A stretch of DNA of 55,085 nucleotides. It comes from an uncultured Candidatus Bathyarchaeia archaeon (lineage in GTDB: Archaea; Thermoproteota; Bathyarchaeia; Bathyarchaeales; DTEX01). The DNA is taken from positions 1-55,085 of the forward strand of contig CAZEGS010000002.1 of the NCBI GenBank assembly GCA_964512445.1, in the 5' to 3' direction. Under the pieces are notes generated by a model. It saw only the letters and a list, made by a program, of their open reading frames with translations, ran no database searches and was not told the origin of the DNA. This document shows positions 1 through 9,249 of this stretch, piece by piece. How positions within the stretch are numbered: the first letter of the stretch is position 1; every line of letters begins with the position of its first letter. Made by a program: the position numbers and the translations under genes.

Positions 1-127
1 GCCAAGGCTGACGGTTCCCAGCTGAAGGAGCCAACCTAGCAGCCTCAAGTATATTGGTAAGGACATCTTCTGGAACTGGAGTAGGCTTATAACGTCGTAT
101 GCTCCTCCTCTTTCTGATAACATCCAT
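1..127 (-). CDS. Nitroreductase-family protein, N-terminal 42 codons only (gene continues beyond the 5' edge of the window)
   Basis: Reverse-strand translation from the ATG at 127..125 gives MDVIRKRRSIRRYKPTPVPEDVLTNILEAARLAPSAGNRQPW. This is the classic nitroreductase N-terminus (RRSIRxY...P-V...ILEAAR-APSAGN-QPW). It is absent from the ORF track because no stop lies inside the window. Confidence 0.8.
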   Translation of the reverse strand, partial: MDVIRKRRSIRRYKPTPVPEDVLTNILEAARLAPSAGNRQPW

Positions 128-285
128 AAAATCCAATCTATAACCTCCTAAAGGATCGATAACATAGTTATTTTAGGCCGCTTTTAAAATAGTTTTGGTA
201 CAATCCCTCTTCGTCACAACCGGAAATCACATTACCACGCGCATTTTCCATAGGTTCGGGGTCAAGCGTGACGACAATATTCTTT

Positions 286-330
286 TTCTTTTTGCATGCA
301 GAAAAAAACTTCTTTAAATAGTTTATATAG
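286..330 (+). repeat. Copy A of a ~45-nt intergenic element (short hairpin, A-run, then TTCTTTAAATAGTTTATA core)
   Basis: TTCTTTTTGCATGCAGAAAAAAACTTCTTTAAATAGTTTATATAG. The 18-nt core TTCTTTAAATAGTTTATA is identical in copies at 49910..49954 (same orientation) and 39450..39493 (inverted). Flanking DNA is unrelated. Confidence 0.8.
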
Positions 331-890
331 GGCTTAATCAAGCCGCCGTCATACTGTTTGCTGACTGGGCGGAAGCATTATTTTAGGGGATCGTAGGGTC
401 TCTTGGAGATGATCAGGGACTAGACGCAGATGGGTTCGCTACTATAGGGCTGGAGAATCACTGGAGCGGATGGCTGAGGAAGAGGCATATGGAGTATCTC
501 GGCTTCAAATCATCAGATTCATTCACTGTATCGCATAAGACTAAGCACACATGTGAACGCTTCAAGATCCATCTTATGTGGCTTCCAAACAAAAGCGACA
601 GACCGCCAACGTGAAAAAATCAAAACTCCTACGAAGCATAGGTTTCTGTACGGCGCATCCACTCTATCACCCACAAAGCATAAAAATAGAAGAAATACTT
701 CGGTAAATCCAATAATTTTCTCTTATACCTTAATCTTAAGGCAATAAGAACAACTACATCTTGTAGATGCGTCGGGGAGAAAGATACTGACGAAAGCATC
801 GAGAAAATAAGAAGGGATATTTTGCCGCTCTCCATGGAGAATGCCGTAAAAAAGGGCAGCAGTATGTAGAGCGCACAGTTATTTTAAGAT

Positions 891-2798
891 CTACTCTCTA
901 CGACGCCAATATATGAGGAAGGCTACTGCTGAAACTGCTCCTCCAATAGCTGTTGCAATGTACATCATGAATCGATTTACGAATGTTAGGAGCATGTGTA
1001 TCAAAGTATCATTCACGACGAGCTCCTCCACCCTGCTGCTTGCTGGGAGGTAAATCTCATCTCCTCCAAAGACTGCCTGTAAGCTCCATTTCCCAACCAT
1101 CGATGCTGTAAGCTCTAATGTAAAGTTTCCACCAGCCTCTGTGTAGACTGTCTTCTTAACCGTAGAGCTATTCGGCATTAAAATACTGATCTCAACAGCT
1201 TTGCCCCCTACGGCTGGACTTATCCTCCCCAAAACATTGACTTTTCCGCCAATATCGATGACGCTGCTGCTTAATTCTAGGCTGAGCGATGTGGGAATCT
1301 TCTCGACTCTAAACGACTTCTCCTCTGAGACCGCTTCGAAATGACCTTCGTCTCCCTGATAGATCGCCTTAACAGTCCATGTTCCAAGCGAATCAGGCTT
1401 ATACTCATATCTGAAGGATCCGTCCTCACCGATCTGAACAGAATCTGAGAAGTTTTTATCATCTGATGTGAAGTTAAGGATAACGAATCCTCTTCCATGC
1501 GGGATCTTCCCAGTCACCACTATCTTCTCATCGGGATGAATAACCGTTCTAGACAGTTCTAGAGAGATCGTTGTTTTATCCTTGACCAAGTAGTGACCGG
1601 GGGCCTCCGCTTCGTTTCCAGCCATGTCAACGGCGACAACCTTATACTCCACTCTGCTGCCCTTGGGATGAGCAGGTATAGTTCCTGCATAAATCCCCGG
1701 AGAAACCTCGTTCATCTCGATCACGTACGAGGAGACCCAAGAATCATTTGTGTAGTAGAGAAGGACGGATCTCAAAGCGTCTTGGTCAGAGATCTCCGCC
1801 CTTATCGTCGTTTCACTTCCGGCCTGAACCTCACTAAAATTTGCTTTTAGACTGATTAATGGAGGTTCAAAATCCGTCTTAATCATGAATCTAATTGTGC
1901 CCTTTCCATTCTCACCTATGAAGACTAGATGATACAGAACCGTCTCTCCCTTGAAAGGCGACGTATAGTTTATCAGCATATCCTCCCCGAAGAACTCGCA
2001 GCTTGCAAAGGCATCCTCATGCTTGAAGCCCTCATCATCCAAGTTGTATCCGCCGTAATATCCAGAGGAATCAACCTCACCGTATAATCCAGGTTCCCAC
2101 GGCAGAGGATAATCATTTAAAACATCGCCGACTCCTCTAGATGGGTTAGCCATAAGATATAGCCTCGCCTCATACATGTCAAGAGTCTCTGGAACATCGA
2201 TCCAAACCTCGATTCTCTCACTATCAGTTGCAAATTCATAAGCCCATGTAGTCTGAGGCGTATTAACGAAGTTAACCTTTCCGCGAATATACTTCTCATA
2301 CCATCTATTGCATTCTAGATGCTCAATAGCCATGAATGTTGCTGCATTCTCACCTTGACTTTCACGCGGATCATTAAGTATGACAAAGTAATAGTTTCCA
2401 CTCATCTCGGGAGTGAAAAACGGATTGTCAACAGTATCTCCCAGATGCTCAGGAAGCCCCGCGGCTTCTGTATGAACCGATTGAAGATTCCCCTTCGGAT
2501 CAAAGACATAGACGTCATAATCTGTTTTTGTGCCTATCCAATCCCCCATGAAATATATGTGATATCGGGAGCCCTTATTCAGCTGATAAATGAATGTCCA
2601 AGTTTCTCCTACTGGAATCTGGGAAGCATTAATTCTCATCGGGTAAATAGGCCTATCCACATATGTTCTATTTCCCATCATAGAGAAGAGTGACAAGCCG
2701 CTTGTCGTATTGACCTCTACAAATGATAGAATCCATAATAGAATGATCAATGAGGATAAAAGCAAAAGGCCGCGTAGAAGATTCTCAGTTCTCACCAT
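891..2798 (-). CDS. Cell-surface protein: N-terminal signal/anchor, tandem Ig-like beta-sandwich repeats, C-terminal TM anchor
   Basis: 635-aa ORF. Hydrophobic N-terminus LLRGLLLLSSLIILLWILSF. Two ~95-aa internal repeats (TTISLELSRTVIHPDEKIVVTGKI... and PTSLSLELSSSVIDIGGKVNVLGRI...). C-terminal hydrophobic helix followed by a basic tail (IATAIGGAVSAVAFLIYWRRRE). Confidence 0.6.
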   Translation of the reverse strand: MVRTENLLRGLLLLSSLIILLWILSFVEVNTTSGLSLFSMMGNRTYVDRPIYPMRINASQIPVGETWTFIYQLNKGSRYHIYFMGDWIGTKTDYDVYVFDPKGNLQSVHTEAAGLPEHLGDTVDNPFFTPEMSGNYYFVILNDPRESQGENAATFMAIEHLECNRWYEKYIRGKVNFVNTPQTTWAYEFATDSERIEVWIDVPETLDMYEARLYLMANPSRGVGDVLNDYPLPWEPGLYGEVDSSGYYGGYNLDDEGFKHEDAFASCEFFGEDMLINYTSPFKGETVLYHLVFIGENGKGTIRFMIKTDFEPPLISLKANFSEVQAGSETTIRAEISDQDALRSVLLYYTNDSWVSSYVIEMNEVSPGIYAGTIPAHPKGSRVEYKVVAVDMAGNEAEAPGHYLVKDKTTISLELSRTVIHPDEKIVVTGKIPHGRGFVILNFTSDDKNFSDSVQIGEDGSFRYEYKPDSLGTWTVKAIYQGDEGHFEAVSEEKSFRVEKIPTSLSLELSSSVIDIGGKVNVLGRISPAVGGKAVEISILMPNSSTVKKTVYTEAGGNFTLELTASMVGKWSLQAVFGGDEIYLPASSRVEELVVNDTLIHMLLTFVNRFMMYIATAIGGAVSAVAFLIYWRRRE

Positions 2799-3227
2799 AT
2801 ATTCAAGCTCCTCTAGTGATCACTGGAGATTTACCTCCCAGTCGAAATGCACTTTTCAAAATGTTAAATCGCTTATGAATCGATGATCTGAACCCTAAAT
2901 CATCCTAAACATGAAGTTTACATGTCTACACGCATACATGGAGACTTAAAAAAGCCGATGCCTAAATGAAATACAGATTCCAAGGAATGAAGGGAAGCGG
3001 CAGATTCTCCAAGAAATTTTAGGCTATATACCATAATCTTTATATAAAACTGGCTATTTACACCGTAACCTAATGGTGATGGAAATGAGGGATAGCTTTT
3101 GCCCTTAGATTTGATGGGCAAATAATCAAACTTAAATTTTCAGTATTCTCCATCACCAATATTCCAGACAATTATTCTTTAAACAAATATCCCACTTCGC
3201 TATTGAAAAGAACATATTTAATTTTAT

Positions 3228-3302
3228 GCCGGGATGGCCGAGTGGCTTAGGCAAGCGGCTGCAGACCGCTCTACGAGGGTTCAATTCCCTCTCCCGGCTC
3301 CA
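3228..3302 (+). tRNA. tRNA-Cys (anticodon GCA) with genomically encoded CCA
   Basis: Cloverleaf folded by hand. Acceptor GCCGGGA/TCCCGGC. Anticodon stem AGCGG/CCGCT with loop CTGCAGA (anticodon GCA). 4-nt variable loop. T arm GAGGG-TTCAATT-CCCTC. Discriminator T, then CCA at 3300..3302. Confidence 0.9.
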
Positions 3303-3763
3303 TCCTAAAAAGGGATTTTAGCCAAAATCTTATCGATTCAATCTTTATAACGGCGGCTTTATCCGCCACCCACCCAGGGGAAGAATCGATATGACGTCTC
3401 TATTCTTCAGCTTAGTTCTGACGCTTTAAAGTAGAAAGATGTTCTGGCCGTTCAGAAGCAATCCACAAAGCCTTCTCCCTCTCCCTTTTAGAAAAGGTAG
3501 AAGACCTCAGTAAATTGGTGAAGATTCATTTTCTATAAAATACTTTTGGTTTAATGCATATGCGTGATTATGCAGAGTAATGTGACGGGGGAAAAGGAAG
3601 AATTAGATTATTCTAAAACCAAAAATCGATGCAGAGAGCGTGACTAGATGAAATAAAAGCGAAGTCTGACGGGCAATAAGTAGGCGGCCATACCCGATCC
3701 CGACTCAACCACAAGAAGGCTGAGGCGCCATTAAAGATGAGCGGGAAGCCGAAAAGGCCTTCA

Positions 3764-5179
3764 CTACTCATCCTTCAGAATCGCTGGTTTAATAGTCCAG
3801 GATTGAAGTAGAGTTAGCTCCTCGATACGTTCAGATCTAAACTCCTCTGGAAAGATTATCCATCTCCACTGTCTATTAACCCTCTCAGTAAGGCTCCACC
3901 TCTCCACAACTTCAGGATACTCTGAAAGGCAGCATATCTCAACGCTTTCCGGCAGCTCTCCATGCAGAGAATAATATGAGATTGTCTTGGCAGCCGCCTC
4001 TAATAGATCGCTTGGTCCAGCGTTAACCTCGCCTATAGATACTTTAGACGGCAGTCTACCATGATTATCCATGAAATTCTTTGCGTAACGAAGCATCTCT
4101 AAAAGATCATTCATGCCTATTTTTCCAGAAAGCTGGTTCTCTCCGAGTCTCGATGTCGGTCCAAGCGTAAAATGTAAAGGTGCAGATCTAGGCTCAAAGC
4201 CCTCCTGCAAATAATCTACAATTACATCCGTAAAGAGCCGAAGCATCTCAGCTGGAGAGACAGATACTCCATCGATAACTTGCCAATCATTGCATTTAGA
4301 TGTCCTCCTCGCCAACTCAAAGATCTCCTCTAATCTCAGCCTTCGTTCCCTGGGCCTACGATATAGATCCGTAACCTCCCTGAAAGTAACTATCTTAACG
4401 TTCGGATGCTCAAGAATGAAGCCTAAAAACTTTTGAAAGACCTGAAGAGACTCCTCAACTTCTTCTCTATCTCTTAAAGGAGCTGGCGCAAGCCTATCCA
4501 TCGGCGGATTCCTTCCATGAGAAAAGTTCACTGCATCCCAGAACTTTTCAGTAACAAACTTACATGGATGCATAACAATAGTGATTAATCCACCGTCGAT
4601 CTTAGACCTATAAATCTCCTCAAATCTAGATTTCAACGCGTCTAGACAGGCGAAGGTTGAATCCTCAGGGAAACTCATAGCCGCCCTAAAACATAGAGCT
4701 CCACAAAACCATACAGGAGTATCATGGAAGATTCCATCTACATAAGTCGGCACTCCCATCAGCGTTGAGGCATAGGGGGTCTGGGGAGCCCAGCTTCCAC
4801 CAGGCTGAATGAAGGCGGAAGGCTTCACACCGAAAGTCTCTTCAATACATTTTATTCCCGGCGATTCTCGCCTCTTAACCTCCTCAACACCGTCGTCCCA
4901 TCCTTTATCCCTAAGATACTCTGATATAACCGGATGAACTGAATGGAAATCAGATTGATATGCGACGTCATGTCTTTTAAGAGCCTCCAGAACATCAGAT
5001 CTCCCCCTTCTCTTCAAAGCTCTTAATTTTTCGCCGACTATGCAAAAGGACCCTTTAACATCGAACTGATCCAAAATTTTTATTAGATCCAACAGAACAT
5101 CGTCAGCCTCTGGAGTTATAAAATCTTCAGTATCGAATTGAAAGGCAACATAGATCCTTCTCATTCCATACAGCCTCAC
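3764..5179 (-). CDS. Polysaccharide deacetylase-like (NodB/CE4-type fold) protein with a C-terminal extension
   Basis: 471-aa ORF. N-terminal motif order resembles the deacetylase superfamily: VAFQFDTEDF, KGSFCIVGEK, HDVAYQSDFHSVHP. Assignment is by eye only. Confidence 0.4.
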   Translation of the reverse strand: MRLYGMRRIYVAFQFDTEDFITPEADDVLLDLIKILDQFDVKGSFCIVGEKLRALKRRGRSDVLEALKRHDVAYQSDFHSVHPVISEYLRDKGWDDGVEEVKRRESPGIKCIEETFGVKPSAFIQPGGSWAPQTPYASTLMGVPTYVDGIFHDTPVWFCGALCFRAAMSFPEDSTFACLDALKSRFEEIYRSKIDGGLITIVMHPCKFVTEKFWDAVNFSHGRNPPMDRLAPAPLRDREEVEESLQVFQKFLGFILEHPNVKIVTFREVTDLYRRPRERRLRLEEIFELARRTSKCNDWQVIDGVSVSPAEMLRLFTDVIVDYLQEGFEPRSAPLHFTLGPTSRLGENQLSGKIGMNDLLEMLRYAKNFMDNHGRLPSKVSIGEVNAGPSDLLEAAAKTISYYSLHGELPESVEICCLSEYPEVVERWSLTERVNRQWRWIIFPEEFRSERIEELTLLQSWTIKPAILKDE

Positions 5180-5319
5180 TTCTCGATATGCATGAAATTC
5201 TTTCGTATATATGCGCTCCCATCAAATAAGACTTGAAGAGTCTATCCTTCGGCTCTCCATACAATCATGATAAAGACTATGCTGCTCTGAAAGATACGGT
5301 GACAAAAGAGATCGGGAAG

Positions 5320-5730
5320 CTATCTCGAAATTCTCTTTAAATACTCCTCAAACTCCTCGATGCTCCCCAATAGAACATCGGAATGAGCCACAATCCACGG
5401 GCTTGGATCCTCAATCTCACAGATAGCTATCGTCTTCTTCCCAATCTGCTTCGCATAGAAGAGCTCCATACACGTTCCCGCTGAGAGCCGAGGCAAATAC
5501 GCTACAAAGATGTCGCAGTCCTCAATATCTTCAAGATCTCTTTTGATAAAGCCGAAATAGTCGCTCTTACGCTCCTGAGGAGTCCCGCTTTTCCTATATA
5601 TGATCTTCTCTCTGACCCAGGGATCCACAGGTTTAAAACCATGCCGTCTACAAATCTTCCGAAGGAGATCCCGGTAAGACTGTTCCTCCTCCATGCCTTG
5701 AATCGGACCTGAAATGAAGATCTTCTTCAT
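5320..5730 (-). CDS. Nucleoside 2-deoxyribosyltransferase-like protein
   Basis: 136 aa. MKKIFISGPIQG start, then DIFVAYLPRLSAGTCMELFYAKQIGKKTIAI, the typical Rossmann-like deoxyribosyltransferase-superfamily pattern. Confidence 0.6.
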   Translation of the reverse strand: MKKIFISGPIQGMEEEQSYRDLLRKICRRHGFKPVDPWVREKIIYRKSGTPQERKSDYFGFIKRDLEDIEDCDIFVAYLPRLSAGTCMELFYAKQIGKKTIAICEIEDPSPWIVAHSDVLLGSIEEFEEYLKRISR

Positions 5731-5762
5731 AGCGAGCTCCCTTTTAAAAGGCAGGTTAATCT

Positions 5763-6458
5763 CTATAAGACTGTGAATTCAGCGTATCCCCATACGCGGA
5801 TGATCCCGTCTTCATTCTCTACCCATCCCTTTGATACAACTCGATATTTCCTGGGATGGAACAAACCTGCATCTAACTTATAGGTTATTCTTTCTTCTCC
5901 CGGATTAAGATCGGTGATCACGAGTAAGCCTACCATTCCAGCATGAAACCTCCATTCCTTCCCATCCCACCTCTCAAAATAAGCGCCATAGACGGAATTT
6001 CCAAAGGTGAAGGTCTCATTTGATAGGTTCTGAACCACGATAGTCAAGGTTTCATTTGCCTGAAAAACATCCTTATCAACCGTAACTTTCAGGAGGCGAA
6101 AATAATAATTGCGGATTATCATCTTCTCCTTCTCAAGATCACTTGCCTCATCAAATCTTCTAATGTATGTTTTAAATTCGCCCAGTCGATCGGGTAACGA
6201 TTCTCCGTTGACTACATCATCTACATAAATAGATATTCCAATAATCCTGTTGCTTTCATCCCTAGCTATCCCGGCTCCGACAACGCCGGTGATGCCTAAA
6301 AGTCTCCCCTTATTCTCCTCTAGGGTCTCAACTATTCTCACATCAACGGGCTTAACGCTGATTTGACTGATGTATATCAGCACAAGAGCCGCTATGATCG
6401 CTATAATCCCCAAGACCTTTAGAATCTTCTTGTCAATCTTTTCCCACATGCATATCAA
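5763..6458 (-). CDS. Membrane-anchored hypothetical protein (single N-terminal TM, extracytoplasmic beta-rich domain)
   Basis: 231-aa ORF. TM segment VLGIIAIIAALVLIYI. No recognisable catalytic motif. Confidence 0.5.
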   Translation of the reverse strand: MICMWEKIDKKILKVLGIIAIIAALVLIYISQISVKPVDVRIVETLEENKGRLLGITGVVGAGIARDESNRIIGISIYVDDVVNGESLPDRLGEFKTYIRRFDEASDLEKEKMIIRNYYFRLLKVTVDKDVFQANETLTIVVQNLSNETFTFGNSVYGAYFERWDGKEWRFHAGMVGLLVITDLNPGEERITYKLDAGLFHPRKYRVVSKGWVENEDGIIRVWGYAEFTVL

Positions 6459-6482
6459 TCCTTTAATAAAATCCGGGACTCT

Positions 6483-7913
6483 TCATGTGGATGCCCTCTC
6501 AAATGACCATCTTGTTCCCTTGGGAGTATCCTCAAGAATCACTCCTATGCTCTTCAGTCTCTCACGTATATCATCAGCTATCTTCCACTCCTTCCTTCTC
6601 CGCATCTCATCCCTCACGTCTACAAGCATCTCTATGAGATCCCTAACCATCTCGATCTGGGGGGTCTCCACGCTTTTTTCGCTCCATTCTATCCCAAGCA
6701 CATCTAGAAGACTGGTAAAGATTTTTGAGACTTTCTGCTTAACGAGTCTCCCAATATTCTCATGCGTATCTACATAGTTATTTATCGACTTCGCAATGCT
6801 GAATAACGAGGCGATTGCTAATGGCGTGTTAAAGTCGTCATCCATCGCCGCCTCAAACTTTCTCCTACCCTCCTCAACCTCAAAGAGCAGCTTCTCATCT
6901 TCGGATGTATGCAAATCCGTCTCGGAAAGACCGTTAAGCCTCTCCAGAGTTCTAAGCAGCCTCTCAAGCCTCCTCTCCGAAGCCTCTAAGGCCTCGCTGT
7001 TAAAATCGAGAGGACTCCGATAATGAGCTGAGATTAAAAAGAATCTTAAAACGGAGGGTTTGCAGATCTTTAAGGCGTCCCTGACCGTTACAAAGTTTCC
7101 AAGAGACTTAGACATCTTCTCTCCCTCAACAGTAAGCCACTCATTATGAAGCCAGTACCTCACAAAGGGCTTCCCAGTGATAGCCTCCGCCTGGGCAATC
7201 TCATTTTCATGGTGAGGAAAGATCAGATCCTTTCCACCCATGTGAATATCTAAAGTCTCACCTAGATACTTCTGAGCCATAGTGGAACACTCAATATGCC
7301 ATCCCGGCCTCCCCTTCCCCCATGGACTATGCCATCCCGGCTCCCCAGGCTTCCACCCCTTCCACAAAGCAAAATCAGCAGGGTTTCTCTTCTTCGGATT
7401 TACCTCTATCCTCGCCCCCATCTTTAGAGCTTCAGCCTTATTACCTGAGAGCTTACCATACTCCTCAAATCTCGACACGTCAAAGTATACGTCTCCATCA
7501 GCGACGTAGGCATATCCCTTCTCAACGAGTTTTTCAATAGCCTCAATAATTTCAGGAATATGCTGAGTAGCACGAGGCGTAACATTAGGCCTCTTAACAT
7601 TCAGCTTAGCGATATCCTCAAAGTAGGCGTCGCTATAAAATTCGCCGAGTTCCTGAACGCTGATCTTCAATTCACCTGCTCTTTTTATAATCTTATCATC
7701 AATATCGGTGATGTTGCTTACATGTTTGACCTCAAATCCCTTATATTCCAAGTATCGACGGACGACGTCAGCCACGACGAAGGCTCTAGCATTTCCGATG
7801 TGGATATAATCATAAACGGTCGGTCCGCATACATACATGCGGGCCTCTCCTGGATGAAGAGGAACAAACTCTTCTTTACGTCTGCCAAGAGTATTAAACA
7901 CTTTCAACGTCAT
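6483..7913 (-). CDS. cysS: Cysteine--tRNA ligase
   Basis: 476 aa. Class-I HIGH motif (CGPTVYDYIHIGNARAF), KMSKS motif (GEKMSKSLGNF), and the WHIEC zinc/cysteine-binding region. Confidence 0.95.
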   Translation of the reverse strand: MTLKVFNTLGRRKEEFVPLHPGEARMYVCGPTVYDYIHIGNARAFVVADVVRRYLEYKGFEVKHVSNITDIDDKIIKRAGELKISVQELGEFYSDAYFEDIAKLNVKRPNVTPRATQHIPEIIEAIEKLVEKGYAYVADGDVYFDVSRFEEYGKLSGNKAEALKMGARIEVNPKKRNPADFALWKGWKPGEPGWHSPWGKGRPGWHIECSTMAQKYLGETLDIHMGGKDLIFPHHENEIAQAEAITGKPFVRYWLHNEWLTVEGEKMSKSLGNFVTVRDALKICKPSVLRFFLISAHYRSPLDFNSEALEASERRLERLLRTLERLNGLSETDLHTSEDEKLLFEVEEGRRKFEAAMDDDFNTPLAIASLFSIAKSINNYVDTHENIGRLVKQKVSKIFTSLLDVLGIEWSEKSVETPQIEMVRDLIEMLVDVRDEMRRRKEWKIADDIRERLKSIGVILEDTPKGTRWSFERAST

Positions 7914-7994
7914 CTTAATATCAGCCTAGCAGCCGCTAATCGAAAAAATGGGTAGCAATACTATATAAGTTGCTTGTAGAAGGGGTGGAGACTG

Positions 7995-9185
7995 CTAAGC
8001 TCTTTTCTTCCCAAAGAAGATCCTGTAGGAGATGCCGTTCAAAGCGACTATGACTCCGCCTATCATGAAGGGTAGGGACATGCTGAGGCTCTGCATTATG
8101 TATCCTCCTATTGCAGGTGCAAAGGATCTAAAGCTCATTCTTGCGAGATTGCTGAATCCGACGGCTGAGGCTCTTTCAGAGGGATCAACGATGCTTACTA
8201 TGAAGGCCTGCCTAATAGGCATGGTTATCGTTGCGGAGACCCTATACACTACGAGAAGAAATGAAAAACCAAGATAGTTAGGCATGAAGGGTATGAGAAG
8301 CATAGAGGCAGCTGTGACCATCCTATTAAAAGCAATTATCCTTATTTCATCCAGATCCTCTGAGGCCCTAAAGATTAAGAAGTACAGAAGCATGACTATG
8401 AATCTAGAAATAGCATAGACGGGGCCTAGAACTTCCTCACCCATCGAGAATCGAATCTTAAACCATGGTCCTATAAGATCCTCAGTCATGCCGAAGCCGA
8501 ATCCTCCAATCGCCCTAACAAATGAGAATCGAGATATAGTTGCAGATGATCTTCTTGGAAGCAACGTGCTTCTCTTATCTATGCGGATTTCAGACGGCTC
8601 CTCCTTGATTGGGAGAACAAAGATGAATGAGATGAAGGAGAGGAGCGAGCAGAATAAAAATAGCAATCTGAAAGATTCAGCCTCTCCAACAGAAAGTATT
8701 GATTGGAGCGGTTTTGGGAGGCTTCCAAGCAGCGAGCCGAGAATGCCCACGAACGAGTTTGTCAATGCAAAGATTGTGAAGACCTTTGTCCGAGTCTTCT
8801 TCTTACTCTTATCCGCTATAATTCCCGAGACGGAAGGCTGTCCAGCACCCGCGCCCTCCCCCATAGCCCCTATTACCTGAGCTAAAATAAGCATCGCATA
8901 GTCCGTAAAGAATGCGTAGATTAAAAGTCTAATAGTGTAGAAGACTCCGCCTAGAATAATGAAGGGTTTTCTTCCATACCTGTCCGCTAAGATGCCTACT
9001 GATACGGAACGTATCGCGCCTACTATCGTCGCTATCATGGAAAGCAGGCCGATGGCTAGAAGATCATATCCTATAATATATAAGTAAAGAGTTCTGATAA
9101 CCTGTAGGCATCCTAGAACTATTCTCCTTAGGCTCATCGATAAGATCAGCAAACGAAGATCAGTGTTGAGAATGCTTTTCGGCAT
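7995..9185 (-). CDS. MFS transporter
   Basis: 396 aa with about 12 hydrophobic segments. MFS signature between TM2 and TM3: GILADRYGRKP. Confidence 0.85.
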   Translation of the reverse strand: MPKSILNTDLRLLILSMSLRRIVLGCLQVIRTLYLYIIGYDLLAIGLLSMIATIVGAIRSVSVGILADRYGRKPFIILGGVFYTIRLLIYAFFTDYAMLILAQVIGAMGEGAGAGQPSVSGIIADKSKKKTRTKVFTIFALTNSFVGILGSLLGSLPKPLQSILSVGEAESFRLLFLFCSLLSFISFIFVLPIKEEPSEIRIDKRSTLLPRRSSATISRFSFVRAIGGFGFGMTEDLIGPWFKIRFSMGEEVLGPVYAISRFIVMLLYFLIFRASEDLDEIRIIAFNRMVTAASMLLIPFMPNYLGFSFLLVVYRVSATITMPIRQAFIVSIVDPSERASAVGFSNLARMSFRSFAPAIGGYIMQSLSMSLPFMIGGVIVALNGISYRIFFGKKRA

Positions 9186-9249
9186 AGGCTAAACGTTCCC
9201 TTACAAGAGTCTTAGAAAGAATAGAGGGGAGAGCCTCCTTATTTCTTTT

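Noticed and set aside
553-835. ORFs 553..747(+) and 629..835(-) in the long non-coding region.
   Set aside because: They overlap each other, have no ribosome-binding or promoter context and no recognisable motifs, and have basic low-complexity composition typical of random ORFs in AT-rich DNA.
1277-2693. ORF-track entries 1277..1498(-), 1593..1850(+), 2117..2299(-) and 2319..2693(+), which overlap the 635-aa surface-protein gene.
   Set aside because: They are alternative-frame or antisense ORFs wholly inside a long, well-supported CDS, with low-complexity or odd composition. The same reasoning rejects the many 60 to 135-aa ORFs embedded in cysS, the MFS gene, AOR, the giant FtsX genes, the OPT-like genes and others.
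2918-3121. 67-aa ORF on the minus strand upstream of tRNA-Cys.
   Set aside because: No motif, poor context, and it lies in the promoter region of the tRNA. Probably spurious, though it cannot be excluded without expression data.
3626-3672. Possible C/D-box sRNA (ATGCAGA ... AGATGAAA ... CTGA).
   Set aside because: The C and C' boxes each deviate at two positions from RUGAUGA, there is no clear D' box, and the terminal stem is weak. The evidence is insufficient.
3688-3740. GGCGGCCATACCCGATCCCGACTCAACC resembles the first ~10 nt of archaeal 5S rRNA (GCGGCCATA...).
   Set aside because: Similarity ends after about 12 nt. The conserved loop C/helix III motifs (CCGAAC...GAAGTTAAGC) are absent, and the segment runs straight into the 3' end of the CDS at 3764. 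This is a coincidence.
3228-7913. tRNA-Cys(GCA) lying 3.2 kb from cysS, as a possible functional pairing.
   Set aside because: They are on opposite strands and separated by three unrelated genes. There is no evidence of co-regulation, so proximity is likely coincidental.
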